Part shown: positions 1 through 12,600 of the stretch, in pieces
Layout of the letters: each line of letters opens with the position of its first letter
How positions within the stretch are numbered: the stretch's first letter is position 1
Source of the DNA: Mytilus californianus
Lineage: Eukaryota
Reading direction: 5' to 3'
DNA length: 64,000 bases
Assembly: GCF_021869535.1 (NCBI RefSeq)
Contig: NW_026262734.1
Coordinates: 93,868,001 to 93,932,000, forward strand
Notes under the pieces: generated by a model
Databases searched by the model: none
The model's input: the letters and a program-made list of their open reading frames with translations, nothing else
What the model was told of the DNA's origin: nothing
Program-made: the position numbers and the translations under genes

Positions 1-1879
1 AAGTTGAATTACTATCAGTACATTTCAGTTTGACGACTATTTTAAGGCCAGTTGGTGCAGCGACTTTGAAATAATTAGCAATGTTGCTGTCCATCAGATT
101 GTCTTTTTCTGAATTTTATGCCGACAGGCCAGACATATCTCTGTGTCAACAGTTTATTATTCCGATAATAAATACACTTATTTTCTTTTTATCTCACTAA
201 AAAATGTCTGACTCTACATAGCACTTCGATATTTGTGGTTCTTCCCGTTTACACCAATTCGTAAAATAGGATGACAGATCTTTAGTGACATGACGACACT
301 CTTTCCATTTTATTTTCTACGATAGTTTTAATTCCTTTTCGTATAATTTATAATTCATAGGTCCTTCAAAGTTTCAAGTTGAAGGAGCATTGTTTTTTAT
401 ATTGACGTCTGATGTAGCTGATGTATAATTGAAAATTAATTTCTAATGGATGTGTATGCGTATAAAAAATCATAGGTGCCTCTTTGTTATCAAAATATGG
501 AGATTTAAAGTTTTGAAGGGTAGAGTCATCAAAAATACTAGACAAATTGATAAAACAAATGCCTCTGTTGATTTATTCTAATTTTATAGAATGCCTGTTA
601 TGATCTTCTGGTTTGTTAACACTAGGGAACAGTTTATGGTGACAAAACTATTATAGTAAGTGTACACTCATATTTCGGACCGAAACACGATATTGTATCG
701 TGCCTGTTTTAAATTTTATGTAATTTACTAATTGGTATTTGACCCTGCATAATAATTAATATTTACCATTGTTTTTTTAATATAGATAAAAGATCATCAA
801 GTGTAATTTTAGAACGATGTTTAATTTGTTGATTGTAGTTAATGCGTTTGCCACGAGACATAAGATTACGTTGTATGTTATCATCAATGGTCATACTATC
901 AAAAGAGGTCAAGATATGTTTCCTTGTAACGTGATATTGTCAATTAGACCTAGGGGATACGCTGCCTGTAGTCTTTTAATCCAAGACAGTTGCAAATTTT
1001 ACGGAAATCTTCAAATTGTTTATGTGATTGTCCTGGTTGCTTCAGGACAGTTTCAAGAGGTTGGAATTTTAAAAATTTAATATTGTGTTTGTCACAATCA
1101 TACTTTTGAATTTCTAGGTCTGCGGAAGCAGTATACATGTATATGTTCATGTGTTTGTTTGAAACATTCACGTCCTGTTTGTCCTACATGTTGAATGCAA
1201 AATTTCGGTCAACATTGCCTGATGTAGTTGCAATCGTAGTTTTTCTTTAAGGTAAATTTTGTTACCAGGAGTTGTAGCCGTATTTTTTGCCAAATTTCAT
1301 TTTTTAGTGAACTGTTAATGAGAAGGTCCCCTGAATCATAGAAATAAAAAAATCAAGAAATGAATCTATCACAAAACATCATTTTGATTTCATGAGATGT
1401 AATTTCATTTGATGTGTATATATTTATATTTTAAAACTTTATCATAAATGTTCGCTTTAGGGATTCATATTTCTTACATTAATGCAAAAACCAAAATGCC
1501 CACGCTTCTAAAGCAGTCTCATGGAAAAGTAACAAAATGTGTCAATGAACAACTTTGCTCATTTAGATAACGTGTCTAGTGTTTGTTCCTCTGTCTCGCT
1601 TTTATCCATTTTCTGGCATAGTCCTCAAAAGCATTAGTCAGTAACCTTAAGTTATTCTTCCAGTTTATGGACTGTGGGATTCGATATTTTGGGCCTTTGG
1701 CTAACAACTCTCTTATTTTATCATTGTTTACGATGCTAAGGTCACCAGTTATAACATGATCAGCGGTACTATATTTTTATGGGGACGATGCATAAGAGCA
1801 ATCAGGAGTTTTGGATTAGGCATCCCTGAGGGTAAAAGTTTTTAATACGTACGTTCATGCATCCACATACGCACTCAAA

Positions 1880-2760
1880 CTCTGCAATGTTCAATGATCC
1901 TTTTGGAAACGCAGAGGTTGTGAATGCATTAGCTTCCCTTCACGACAAATATGTGTTTGTACCAGCACAAAAAGCCACTAACAATATTGTTTTGATATGC
2001 ATCTTTATTTGGAATGTCTCACTAAAGAAAACTAAGCAAGACGGGGAATCCCACATATACCCCTGCATATGTCATTCGCGATAGAAGAGATTTTAGAAAA
2101 TCACGGATGCATCCTTCTCTCCTATGGTAATAACTAAAAATGCTGAAGAAAATCTGCCATCTCTATTTTGGTTACCTAAACTTTACTCTACTATATATTT
2201 TATGTTAACAAAACTTTGAAGTTTTCGAAATACTAAGGATTTGTACCCCAGAAATAGATTACCTTAGCTGTATTATTCAAAACTTTCCAATTATCAACTC
2301 CCCATTTCTCAGCAGTAATATACCCTCTGCTTTATCAAATGGCGTTTATATATCTCAGTTTATACCTTACGCTCGTGCATGTTCATTCTATACGGATTTC
2401 ATCAATATGGGTGATCTCCTTACCGGAATCAGTTCAAACAGAGTTATGAGGAAGAACGACTGAAATCGACACTACGATGTGTCTCTGTATCAAATCACTA
2501 TGCACATGTTTTCACAGTCTTAGATCTTTATATACCAGTATAGTCGTCTGATCTGTAATTTTACCGGTTGTGTCCTATTCCATGTTGTGATATATTTACT
2601 GAATGTGAATAGCACGGCGGATGATGCCGACGATTACCCTGTTGACACATCCTGTCTTGCTACTTTTGGGTGCTACCTTATTTGTCTCTTTCTAATCGGG
2701 ATTAACGACATTTGAAAATAGACAAATTTCTGTCGCCTTTCTGTCGCTTTATTTACTGTG
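1880..2760 (+). mobile_element. Decayed Naiad-type Penelope-like RT relic
   Basis: Translates to LHDKYVFVPAQKATNNIVLIC, then LPSLFWLPKL and FPIINSPFLSSNIP..GVYISQ..YARACS across frameshifts. These match motifs in the RT at 60639-62309. Confidence 0.75.
2205..2290 (+). repeat. Fragment of the retrozyme-like repeat (no ribozyme core), nested in the RT relic
   Basis: gttaacaaaactttgaa..aaatactaaggatt..ccc agaaatagattaccttagct is nearly identical to 63579-63650. Confidence 0.6.
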
Positions 2761-3129
2761 AATTCAGAAAATATTATGAAAAATGCGACAGGGTTATAAT
2801 TGCAATAATTCAAACCCTCATTTTGAAATTTTTTATATAATTTAAACAAGATTTCTCTCAATATCGAAAAAAAAATATAAATCGCATTTTATTCCAAAAT
2901 GACAAAATCGCAATAATAAATGCACGCAATAATTTCTAAATTTACAGTATTCGAAACTGTCATTCTTGGTAGGATTGTTTTACACCTTATACTTTTGGCC
3001 GTATAGCACCATGATTTTCATTTAGTCATTTTTATACGACCGCAAAAACTTTTTGCGGTCGTATATTGGTATGACGTTGGCGTCGTCGTCATCCGGCGTC
3101 GTCCGAAGACACATTGGTTTTCGCACTCT

Positions 3130-4020
3130 AACTTTAGTTTAAGTGAATGGATCTCTATGAAATTTTACCATAAGGTTCAATACCACAAAAGGAAGGTTGG
3201 GATTGATTTTGGGGGTTATGGTACCAACAGTTAAGGAATTAGGGGCCAAAAATAAGCATTTTTGTAACTTCCAGACATAACTTGTGTGTTAGTGTATGGA
3301 TCTCTCTGACATTGTACCACAAGGTTCCATATCACACAGGGAATGCTGGGATTGATTTTGGGGGTAATTGCCTCAAAATATTAGGAATTAGGGGCCAAAA
3401 AAGGGGCAAAAAACAAGCATTTTTCTAGTTTCATGACAATAACTTGTGTGTAAGTGTATGGATCATTCTGAAATTGTACTACAAGGTTCCATATCACAAA
3501 GGGAAAGCTGGAATTGAGTTTGGGGGTAATTGCCTAAAACGTTTAGGAATAAGGGGCAAAAAAGGGGCAAAAAATAAGCATTTTACTAGTTTCCAGACAA
3601 TAACTTGTGTTCAAGTGAATGGATCTCTCTGAAATTGTACCACAAGGTACCATATCACACAGGGAATGCTGGGATTGATTTGGGGGGTAATTGCCCCAAA
3701 ATAATAGGAATTAGGGGCCAAAAAAGGGGCAACAAACAATCATTTTTCTAGTTTCATGATAATAACTTGTGAGTAAGTGTATGGATCTTTCTGAAATTGT
3801 ACTACAAGGTTCCATATCACAAAGGGGAAGCTTGAATTGAGTTTGGGGGTAATTGCCCAAAACGTTTAGGAATAAGGGGCCAAAAAGGGGCCAAAAATAA
3901 GCATTTTTCTAGTTTCCAGACAATAACTTGTGTTCAAGTGTATGGATCTCTCTGAAATTGTACTGCAAGGTACCATACCACAAAGGGAAGGCTGGGATTG
4001 AGTTTGGGGGTGATGAATCA
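3130..4020. repeat. About 161-bp satellite array, ~5.5 monomers, alternating variants
   Basis: AACTTGTG anchor at 3279, 3441, 3602, 3764 and 3925 (spacing 161-162). Confidence 0.9.
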
Positions 4021-4218
4021 TAACGGTTCAAAAAAATTTTTTTTGGGGGGGGGGATTTTTTTTTTTTTTTCCTTTTTTTTTCTTTTTTTTTCTTTTTTTT
4101 TTTCTTTTAAAATTTTCCATTTTAAGTTGGTTATTTCTGTTTTATATTTAAAAGCAAACAATAATGATATGGTAGGAGATACACACCAAACAGGATGTGT
4201 AAATTATTATATAATAAG

Positions 4219-4440
4219 TATTGTGCAATAGCAAGAAATTTTCAATTGCACAGTATTGCACAATAGCAAGAAATCTTCAATTGCACAGTATTGCGCAGTA
4301 GCAAGAAATCTTCAATTGCACAGTATTGTGCAATAGCAAGAAATATCCAATAGCACAATATTGCGCAATAGCAAGAAATTGTCAATTGTACAGTATTGCG
4401 CAATAGCAAGAAATATTCAATTGCACAGTATTGTGCAAAA
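4219..4440. repeat. 35-bp minisatellite, 6 copies
   Basis: GCAAGAAAT at 4231, 4266, 4301, 4336, 4371 and 4406. Unit TATTGCGCAATAGCAAGAAATCTTCAATTGCACAG. Confidence 0.92.
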
Positions 4441-4489
4441 GAAGATACTTCGTATAAATTGCTTATTTCTTGACCAATTCAATGGGGTT

Positions 4490-5100
4490 TTATTCTTGAA
4501 TTCTTGGGGTTCTTTAATGTGCTGATTCTAACCGTGTATTAAGTTTTTGGATTTTGGGCTTCGTTTTTAAATTGGTCCACATTGAGATCCAAAGGGTCCA
4601 AAATTAAACTTTGTTTGATTTCATCAAAAATTGAATTATTGGGGTTCTTTGATATGCCGAATCTAACCGTGTATTTAGATTCATAATTTTTGGTTCCGTT
4701 ATCAAATTGGTCTACATTAAGGTCCAAAGGGTCCAAAATTAAACTTAGTTTGATTTTAACAAAAATTGAAAAATTGAATTGTTAGGGTTCTTTGATATGC
4801 TGAATCTAAACATGTATTTAGATTTTTGATTATGGGCCCAGTTTTCAAGTTTGTCCAAATCGGGGTCCAAAATTAAACTTTGTTTGATTTCAACAAAAAT
4901 TGAATATATGGGGTTCTTTGATATGCTGAATCTAACCATGTATTTAGATTTTTAATTTTTGGGCCCCATTATCAACTTTGTCCACATTGAGGTCAAAAGG
5001 GTCCAAAATTAAACTTTGTTTGATTTCATCAAAAATTGAATTCTTTGGGTTCTTTGATATGCTGAATCTAACCATGTATTTAGATTTTGGATATTGGACC
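4490..5100. repeat. About 135-bp tandem array, ~4.5 copies
   Basis: GGGTTCTTT anchor near 4506, 4641, 4784, 4910 and 5046. Confidence 0.88.
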
Positions 5101-7023
5101 ATAATAGGTGAATGTCCAATTTAAAATTGTTAAGTTCTTAGACCACATTCATTCTGTGTCAGAAACCTATGCTGTGTCAAATATTTAATCACAATCCAAA
5201 TTCAGAGCTGTATCAAGCTTGAATGTTGTGTCCATACTTGCCCCAACTGTTCAGGGTTCGACCTCTGCGGTCGTATCAAGCTGTGCCCTGCGGAGCATTT
5301 TATTAATGGAGCTATGGGACTTTGAACAATTTTGAGGTATCGAAAAATCCACACGTGGTAAATTCAACTTCTCTGACACCATTTGACTGAAAGCTGTCAT
5401 AATTGCAGGATTGTTGAAACTATTGCCTGTAATGTACCGCCATTTTAAGTGGAGTTCTGGGACTACACATTATTGTGAGCGCAACTCCTCATAGATCCTT
5501 TGACAGAAAACTCTTATTCTTGGAAGAAATGTTTGCGATCATGTGTATTTGATCATACATATTGTACTGTCATTATGACTCCCCCATTTTATGGCAGAAC
5601 AATGACTATTTTGTCGACTGTTGTTCAACAATTACACCATGTTTTGCCTTTGGAATAATAGGAGCATAAACATCAGCTCGAAATACACTTTATAATGTAA
5701 GCTATGTTTCTTGTCTACAATTCAACACTGTACGCACAATTCAATTCCATATTAGCACAACGCAAGATACATTTCAATCCGGTGCAGCAATCTTTATTAG
5801 TGACAATAGTGGAATTAATTATTTTTGGAGTGTAAAAAATTCTTTGTATGTTTTAGATAAATGACGTGCCTTTGATGGTCCTTTTGATTCTGTTGACAGT
5901 TTTGATATAACTCTAATGAGAATAATTACATATGTCAAGGTTTTTATCTCCGATGTTTCTCCTATACTCATGGTATCGAACGCATCACTACACTACACTT
6001 CCAAACAATCTTATCAAACAAAAGTTTTACTATTTAATTATTTGGTCGTTTGGTAAATCTGAATGCAAATATATTTGCTGCAACTCATTTAAAGCCTTCT
6101 TCTCTAATGAGAAAGGTAAATATGCTAGATATACTTACTGGAAGAGTGATGAGAGGATTGAAGCTGTTAATGTTCTCCTTGATAATATTTATGTACGTTT
6201 CGGCAATAAAGTTTATCGACAGATTGTAGGTATTCCTATGGGCACCAAATGCGCCCCTTTAATAGCAGACTTGTTCTTGTACTGTTATGAATAACTTTAT
6301 GGCCAAACTCAGTAAAGACCCGTCTAAATTGAATTTAATTGATAAATTCAACAACACTTATCGTTATCTTGATGATATTTTTCCTTAAATAATCAAGAAT
6401 TTTCTAAATATACTGCCGAAATTTACCCAAAGGAACTTACTTTAGATAAATCAAATATGAACGGTAATAACTGTCCTTTCCTAGATTTAGATATTTCAGT
6501 TTTACACGGGAAAATCTACACTAAAATATACGACAAAAGGGACGATTTTTTTGTTCCCTATTGTTAATTTTCCTTTTTTTGACGGTGATCGCTATGCCCG
6601 TGTCTGTTTTGGATTTCAATGAACGTAACCTTTGTATTACTGGTTAATTATTAAGTCGGGGATCTCGTTACCACAAATTACTTAAAACCTTTACTAAATT
6701 CTTCCATAGATATAAAGATTTGGTTTGGAAGTTTGGTTGTTCCTTATTTTTAACGGGATAGCACATCATAATTTTTACGGAGATGTTGTTTACCGAGCCC
6801 GGAAATTTAGATACGAACCGGATAAATTTATCGATCCTTTAAATAAACTTATTCAACACTATAATTAGATCTTCGAATATTGTTTTTATTGGTATTAATA
6901 TTAATTTTGTTATCAGTAAATTAAAATCAAACTAAATATTATTTTTATATACATATGCACATTCATGGCTCTACAATCTGTCGATACCTGTATATTGGCA
7001 TTGCACAAGGTCATGTTTTCTCT

Positions 7024-7090
7024 GACTGTTTATGACGTCTTTACACTAAATCCATTGGATGTTGGATGTGTACTGATTGATATTTTAGTC
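7024..7090 (+). promoter_or_regulatory. Type II SECIS element in the family-2 Naiad 3' UTR
   Basis: ATGA (7032-35), C, then GTC-TT-TACAC pairing with GTGTA-CT-GAT. AA 12 nt after ATGA, mini-stem ATCCA/TGGAT, 3' quartet TGAT (7078-81), helix I GACTG/TAGTC. Confidence 0.7.
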
Positions 7091-7326
7091 TTAAATGCAT
7101 GATTTTTTTATTAGCTGTTATTGGCTTTGAACTAGCTGTCAGTAACTGCGAGTACTCTCAGATCTGTACTTAGTGTCTTTTTGTTGTGGGGATGTATAAG
7201 TACCCTGCCACGTTCACTCTGTGTTTTTGTTAGATGTATTTCTGCTTTGTATCGATCTGATGAGTTAAGCCCTTTTCAACTGATTTTTATAGTTTGTTCT
7301 TTTGTTGTACTGTTACACCACTGTCC

Positions 7327-7410
7327 CAGGTTAAAGGGGGGGGTGGCATGCCTTCAAACTAGTTTAATCTCGCCACATTCTGTTTGTGCCTGTCCCAAGT
7401 CAGGAGCCTG
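7327..7410 (+). ncRNA. Degenerate P5-type twister ribozyme (family 2)
   Basis: P5 CAGGT/GCCTG, TAA, GC, P3 CACA/TGTG, P4 CCTG-TCCCAAGT-CAGG, A. The GAGGG segment is mutated to a G run and P2 is weakened. Confidence 0.65.
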
Positions 7411-9654
7411 TAATTCAGTAGTTGTCGTTTGTTGCTGTATATCATATTTGTTTTTCGTTCATTATTTTGTACATAAATCAGGTCGTTAATTTTCACGTTT
7501 GAATTGTTTTACATTTGTCATTTCGGGGCCTTTTATAGCTGACTATGCGGTATGGGTTTTACTCATTATTGAAGGCTGTACGGTGACCTATAGTTGTTAC
7601 TTTCTGTATCATTTCGTCTCTTGTGGAGAGTTGTCTCATTGGAAATCATACCACATCTTCTTATTTTTTTATATCGTCATATAGATGCACATCTGATATA
7701 GCAAAATTGACTCTGATTCATGTTATCAAGTTATATTTTTTGGCTGTTGTATTCAAAACATGTACGCTAGATTTTTATTTTGTATAACCGTCACTTCAAT
7801 AAAATGATACTATATTCGAGATAACTAATATATGCAGATGTTTGAAATAAGTAAAAAACAATGGAATTCAGATAGTCACTAATACACGAAAGAATATGAA
7901 GAATGGAGATATTTTTAACGTGACACAATTAGACCAGTTGCTCTCTCAAACGAGGAGTTATACATAAACTCATCATAGATACCAGGTTCAAAATTGTGTA
8001 CACCAGACACAAAACAATAGGTAAAGAATGTGTTTGCCTGTTAAGATCGAAGTGCTTTTACCCCTTTTAAAGGAACTTGATAGTTGTCTCCTTCAGATGA
8101 ATTTTCTTCCTGTTTTACCAGTGTCAATTTAGGGCTTAACATATAAAAGAGAAGGTGTATATATAAATATATTATGCCATTTAATTCTGCAATCAGATCG
8201 AATTAATAAAGCGATTATTATGATATCAGTAAATAAAGGCAACAGTAGTATACCGCTGTTCAATAGTCGTAAATCGATTAAGCGAAAACAAATCCGGGTA
8301 ACAACTAAAACCGAGGGAAACACATCAACTATAAGTGGAAAACAACGGAACAACAGAAAAACTGAACTGCAACAAAAACAAACGCCAACATAAATAGAAA
8401 CGGACTGCTTCACAAATTTGAACATGTTGAAATGAGTTTATTAAATCTATTGATGTTTCTTATGATTCAGGGAATCTTTTTCTCACATTTGAAATTTTAT
8501 GAGTTAATATTTATTTCCGAACACTTTGTGTGAATAATCCTTGGAAATTTTGCCACTTTCACAATTGTTAATGTTGACAGCAATCCATTACACATACAAT
8601 AGTCATTAGTCTGGTATACACAAACAACATCATTAAAGACGTAATTAATGTGCTAGAACAACAGTACCGGTATGGTACATTGCCGAAGGAGAAGAACTTT
8701 AATAACCAATGTGTGTGTCCGATATTGGATTACCATTGAGATAAGTGTAGTAGCGAGCACCATTGGTGTTCGACATTGCCGCAGATATCAGATATATTCC
8801 ACCAGTCTCACAAGTGAACTTCCCGGTACTTTTATACGCTGACAGATCATTGATGCCAATACTGAACTTAACGGCGTCAAATTTTATAATACCAGACTTG
8901 GTCGAGGAAGATACAAGATGTGAGTCATTGCCACTGAAATAAAACATTTTGATATAATGATGTGTTTTGTCGCCGTAAAATATTAGAAGAAAATAATATG
9001 TGTAATACGCGTGACATTGATGATATGTCTTGTATTACAGAAAACAATAATGACCCACCAGTGATAACTGACTTCGTTTTTCTCTTCATTTATACATATT
9101 TTTTATGAAAAGATTTTCAAGCAAGGTTATTTACATAATTATTATCAAGGTGACAGTATCTCAAAAGGGAAATCAATAACCAAAATGAAAAATTACGAAA
9201 AAAATCGACAATGCTCAAAGAACTAAACAGAAAACCGAACAATTGAGCAGCAAAAACTCAAATAAACACCCATACTGTGTGTTGAACTCTTCAGAAAAAC
9301 TCCATTTTTCACTAATGACACTCGTCGTATTTCTTTTTGAAAGAACAAATTATGTCTCATGTCGCATTCGGTGAATAAAATCATGAACAAAAGGACGGGT
9401 ATATGGCTTAGACAAGTAAAATGTACAACATTTGAATGTTTTACAAATATTTTATTTCAACCAAATCATGTGTCTGCTTGTTAAACAATATCAAGTGCAT
9501 TGTGTTGTTATGACGTATAGTCCTGATTTAATCATATATAATGGTGTTTGCTATGAATTCAAGACAGGATAGGTTAACTGTCAGTTGAAAAGGAAACAAG
9601 CGACATATAACAGTCAAAAGACGATATACGATATGAAGTTTGCGGTGCTGAAAA

Positions 9655-10380
9655 AGGTTGTGACATTTGTTGTTCTTTGTAATAAATAATTATTGAATGA
9701 GTACTTGCATCTAATATAACCAAGTGAACTTGAAATTAAGGATACTACAGAGAGCATAAGGTCTGCTTCATATCTTGATCTTTCCTCTATATTGACACAG
9801 ATGAACGACTTTAAACTATAATCTAGGACAGACGTGATGATTGCAGCTTTCCAATTATCAACTTCCCATTTCTCAGGAGTAACATGCCCTCTGCTACATC
9901 GTACTGTGTATACATGTCTCATTTATAACGTCTTGCTCATGCTAATTCACACTAAACATACCTTTTTTAGATGTGTGTGCTTTTTGCAAATAAACTGCTT
10001 CGACAGAGATGAGGAAGAACGACTGAAATCGAAACTACATAAGTTTTACGTCACCATCACGAATTAGTTGTCCGATACCATGTATCGTTGCCTCAACTCA
10101 CTAGTGACGTGTTTTCGCGGTATAAGATATTTAGATACCAATATAGTTGTCTGAACTGTAATTTTACCGATCCTGTCATAACTTTGATTGTGACATATTG
10201 ACTAAGTGTGAATTCGCACAGCGGGTGATGCATGCATAGCAAAATACACTTACCTCTCGACGCACTCGGTCTCGCTACTTTTGGAGTACATGTAAATTAC
10301 TCAATGTTTGTTTGTTACCTTAATTGGTGTCTTCCTGATTGAGTTACGAGATTTGAACATCGGGAAACTACTGTCGTCTT
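9655..10380 (+). mobile_element. Decayed Naiad-type RT C-terminus and UTR in the C1q intron
   Basis: YPSELEIKDTTES..SASYLDL, RDDCSFPIINFPFL.SN.P and EEERLKSKLHKFY. The downstream segment resembles 2590-2760. Confidence 0.75.
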
Positions 10381-11246
10381 TAAAACATCGTTGTTTCCAG
10401 GGTACTGGATGAATTATTAAAAATCTAGAGTTTCAACTAACGGATCTATATCAAATATTGTTACATATCATATTTACCTAGGTCTGTGCTGTCGTCTATC
10501 TGTTTTTGAAGACGAGATAAAGTTAAAATAGTTCGCTTTTCAGTTTCCTGTATATCACTTGTAATCTTATTCAACGCCTTACTTTGATTCTTCTCAAAAT
10601 TTTTCAGCTGGATGTCTAAATTACGTTCCAAATATATCATCGATGTATTATGAGACTGTAGTGTGTCATTGTTAAGACTGTACATACGATGTTTTATATT
10701 ACTAAATGAAATATTATGACTGTTTGATAATTGTTGGATTTTACTGTCAGTGCGCATTTCGAGATCCGAAAATGAATGAGTGGTCATATTATACAATGCA
10801 AGAAATTCCTGACTACGAACATGCTCTTTTAAACTCAACGAAGTGACCTGCGAAGGTAGAGTTTATACTTTCTCTTCTAAATTTTTTATTTGTTGCAGTG
10901 GTTTAATACTACTCAATTGTTTTAGGCTTGAAATGTTCTGATCAATAGCCGTCGACTTATTTTTCAACAAGGCCAACTCTTGTCCCTGTTTTGTTAATAT
11001 TGTTTGTGTGTCATTACAAATCTCATTTTGGACCTCCAAAAGTTTATCGTTTATGTTTGTTTTATTTCTGATAAGTACAAGTTCATTTTCGACAACACTT
11101 CATTTTCCCTGCAATATCACATTTCCGTTCTTCAGATTATGATAAGTTTGCTCCAAAGCTTGATATTTTTGCTGCAGTGTAATCATCTCCTGGTTTGTTT
11201 CATTCTGTGCTACTTTGTCCGTTATTTTAGCGTCCATCAAATCAAA

Positions 11247-11824
11247 GGAGTAGGTCCAGTAAGACCCCTTTTTGGCCCCAAAATATAGCAGTTTTACAAA
11301 ATTGTTAAAATGTAAACGTTTAGCTATTTATTGGAAAGTAGAATACTTCTGCTACATAAATATGGGCAGTTTTTTACAAAACAATGCATATATATCGGGT
11401 ACTAGCATCATTAAGTCATGCTAAATTACTGAAATCTTCACAATTTTAGCATTTAAGTTAAATTTTAGACGTTTTCCGTCTTAAATGGAAGTGGCCGCAT
11501 TTGTGTTCATTCTTAATATTTAAATGTAAGTTGTATTTGATGATAATACATAACATATATAAAGGTTGAGAGTGAACACGGATGCGGCCACTTTCGTTTT
11601 TGACAAAAACCATCTGAAAAGTGACATATTATGGCATTTTTGATAGATTTTTCATATTTAAGGTTGAATCTGAGCGTCCTTAATGATAAAATCAGTTCAA
11701 ATCTGTCACAAAAACTAATTGAATCAACTGAAGTAGACACTTAGGTGTTTAAAAAGTGACAAAAATCTCTCATCAGATGAACCTGAAATTTGAGGCCAAA
11801 ATCGGCCCTTACCGGACCTACTCC
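11247..11824. mobile_element. Spy-type MITE (578 bp)
   Basis: Imperfect ~35-bp TIRs GGAGTAGGTCC(A/G)GTAAG...TTTTGGCC(C/T)CAAA. Flanks are AAA| and |TTT with no TSD. Removing it restores the codons cag-aaa-ttt-gat on the minus strand. Confidence 0.8.
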
Positions 11825-12319
11825 TTTCTGCTGTAGCTGTGCAGGGAAGTATCCATATCATGGCGAAGAGAAGTGGTATCGGTTTAAACTTTCTGTTGCA
11901 GAAGCTTCTTTTCCTCAACAAACTTTGATATGGTCAAGTACTGATTTGATGGAAGCGATTGCACAGTAATTCCTTGTGGATTGTCTAATAGAAACCCATG
12001 AACAAATGGTAGAAAATGAAAGAAAAATACCAACATTTTGTATAAATTGTCGGTAAGCACAATGCCCATCCACTTTATTATATTATCAAATATCAAAGGT
12101 AAATTTACATTTTGATAAACTATATACATAATCAAGTATGAACCTTTTGGATCAAATAGTAAAATTTCTCAAATCAATTATATATACATGTACTATTTAT
12201 AAAAGTATGTAATGAATGCTTTTTTAAAGACAATAAAAATTTAAAATAGGTTCACTAAGTTTAAATAATGGTTCTAAAAATCCCTGGCTTTTCGTACAAA
12301 GAATTATAATGACAGTTTG

Positions 12320-12600
12320 TTGTGACCAGCCTACGATAGTAGAGTGGCATTATATTTTCTAGTCTGTGCGTCCATCCGTTAGTTTAATCTCAGTTATTCC
12401 TTTCCGTATCAGGTTAAAAAATTTGGTAAGGCTAATTTACCTTACAGGTGTAGCCACGTCAACTTGATACTTGTTCATTATGATATGAAATTTGAGAATT
12501 ACATATCAAATTACGAATTTGACCATGATAACACGGTTCACTGAGCATAAAAATGTGATGACCGGAGAGACGTACATTATCAGTTTAAATTTTTCGGTTT
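12320..12600. mobile_element. Decayed Helentron-associated (HINE-like) relic; a similar relic lies near 40470-40660
   Basis: cctacgatagtagagtggcattat head followed by a gtcc/ccgt microsatellite-like tract, resembling HINE heads. Ends not resolved. Confidence 0.35.

Larger units (their letters stand above)
3030..5303. mobile_element. Non-autonomous Helentron-type (HINE/DINE-like) element carrying tandem arrays
   Basis: 5' perfect hairpin TATACGACCGCAAAAA-C-TTTTTGCGGTCGTATA (3033-3065) then a (CGT)n-like tract. 3' sub-terminal inverted copy TGCGGTCGTAT (5266-5276), a short GC-rich imperfect palindrome and a T tract. T-rich flanks. Confidence 0.75.
5930..7680 (+). mobile_element. 5'-truncated, decayed Naiad-type PLE (family 2): RT C-terminal half plus complete 3' UTR
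   Basis: ORF 5932-6294 has YTTLP...RQIVGIPMGTKCAPLIADLFLYCYE, then frameshifted RYLDDIF, CPFLDLDI and YDKRDDF. It is collinear with the RT at 60639-61946 and ends near 6938. The UTR ends at ...cataccacatcttcttattttttatat. Confidence 0.88.
8545..12036 (-). pseudogene. Signal peptide + coiled-coil + C1q domain (C1qDC) pseudogene A
   Basis: ATG at 12036 gives MLVFFFHFLPFVHGFLLDN. The coiled-coil exon runs to a donor after 10478 with 3 in-frame stops, a frameshift and a MITE. The C1q exon starts at 8933 (cag|tg; SGIIKFDAVKFSIGINDLSAYKSTGKFTCETGGIYLIS) and has a frameshift and stops. Confidence 0.85.

Noticed and set aside
817-1171. Overlapping short ORFs 817-1080 and 950-1171
   Set aside because: No recognisable motif or splice context, and their length is expected by chance.
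4219-4440. 35-bp palindromic repeats as a CRISPR array
   Set aside because: The units are contiguous with no unique spacers, there are no cas genes, and the context is eukaryotic.
4539-4939. ORFs 4539-4736 and 4745-4939 (also 3444-3632, 37738-38034, 59439-59633, 62999-63274) as genes
   Set aside because: They are by-products of tandem arrays, with no splice or domain support.
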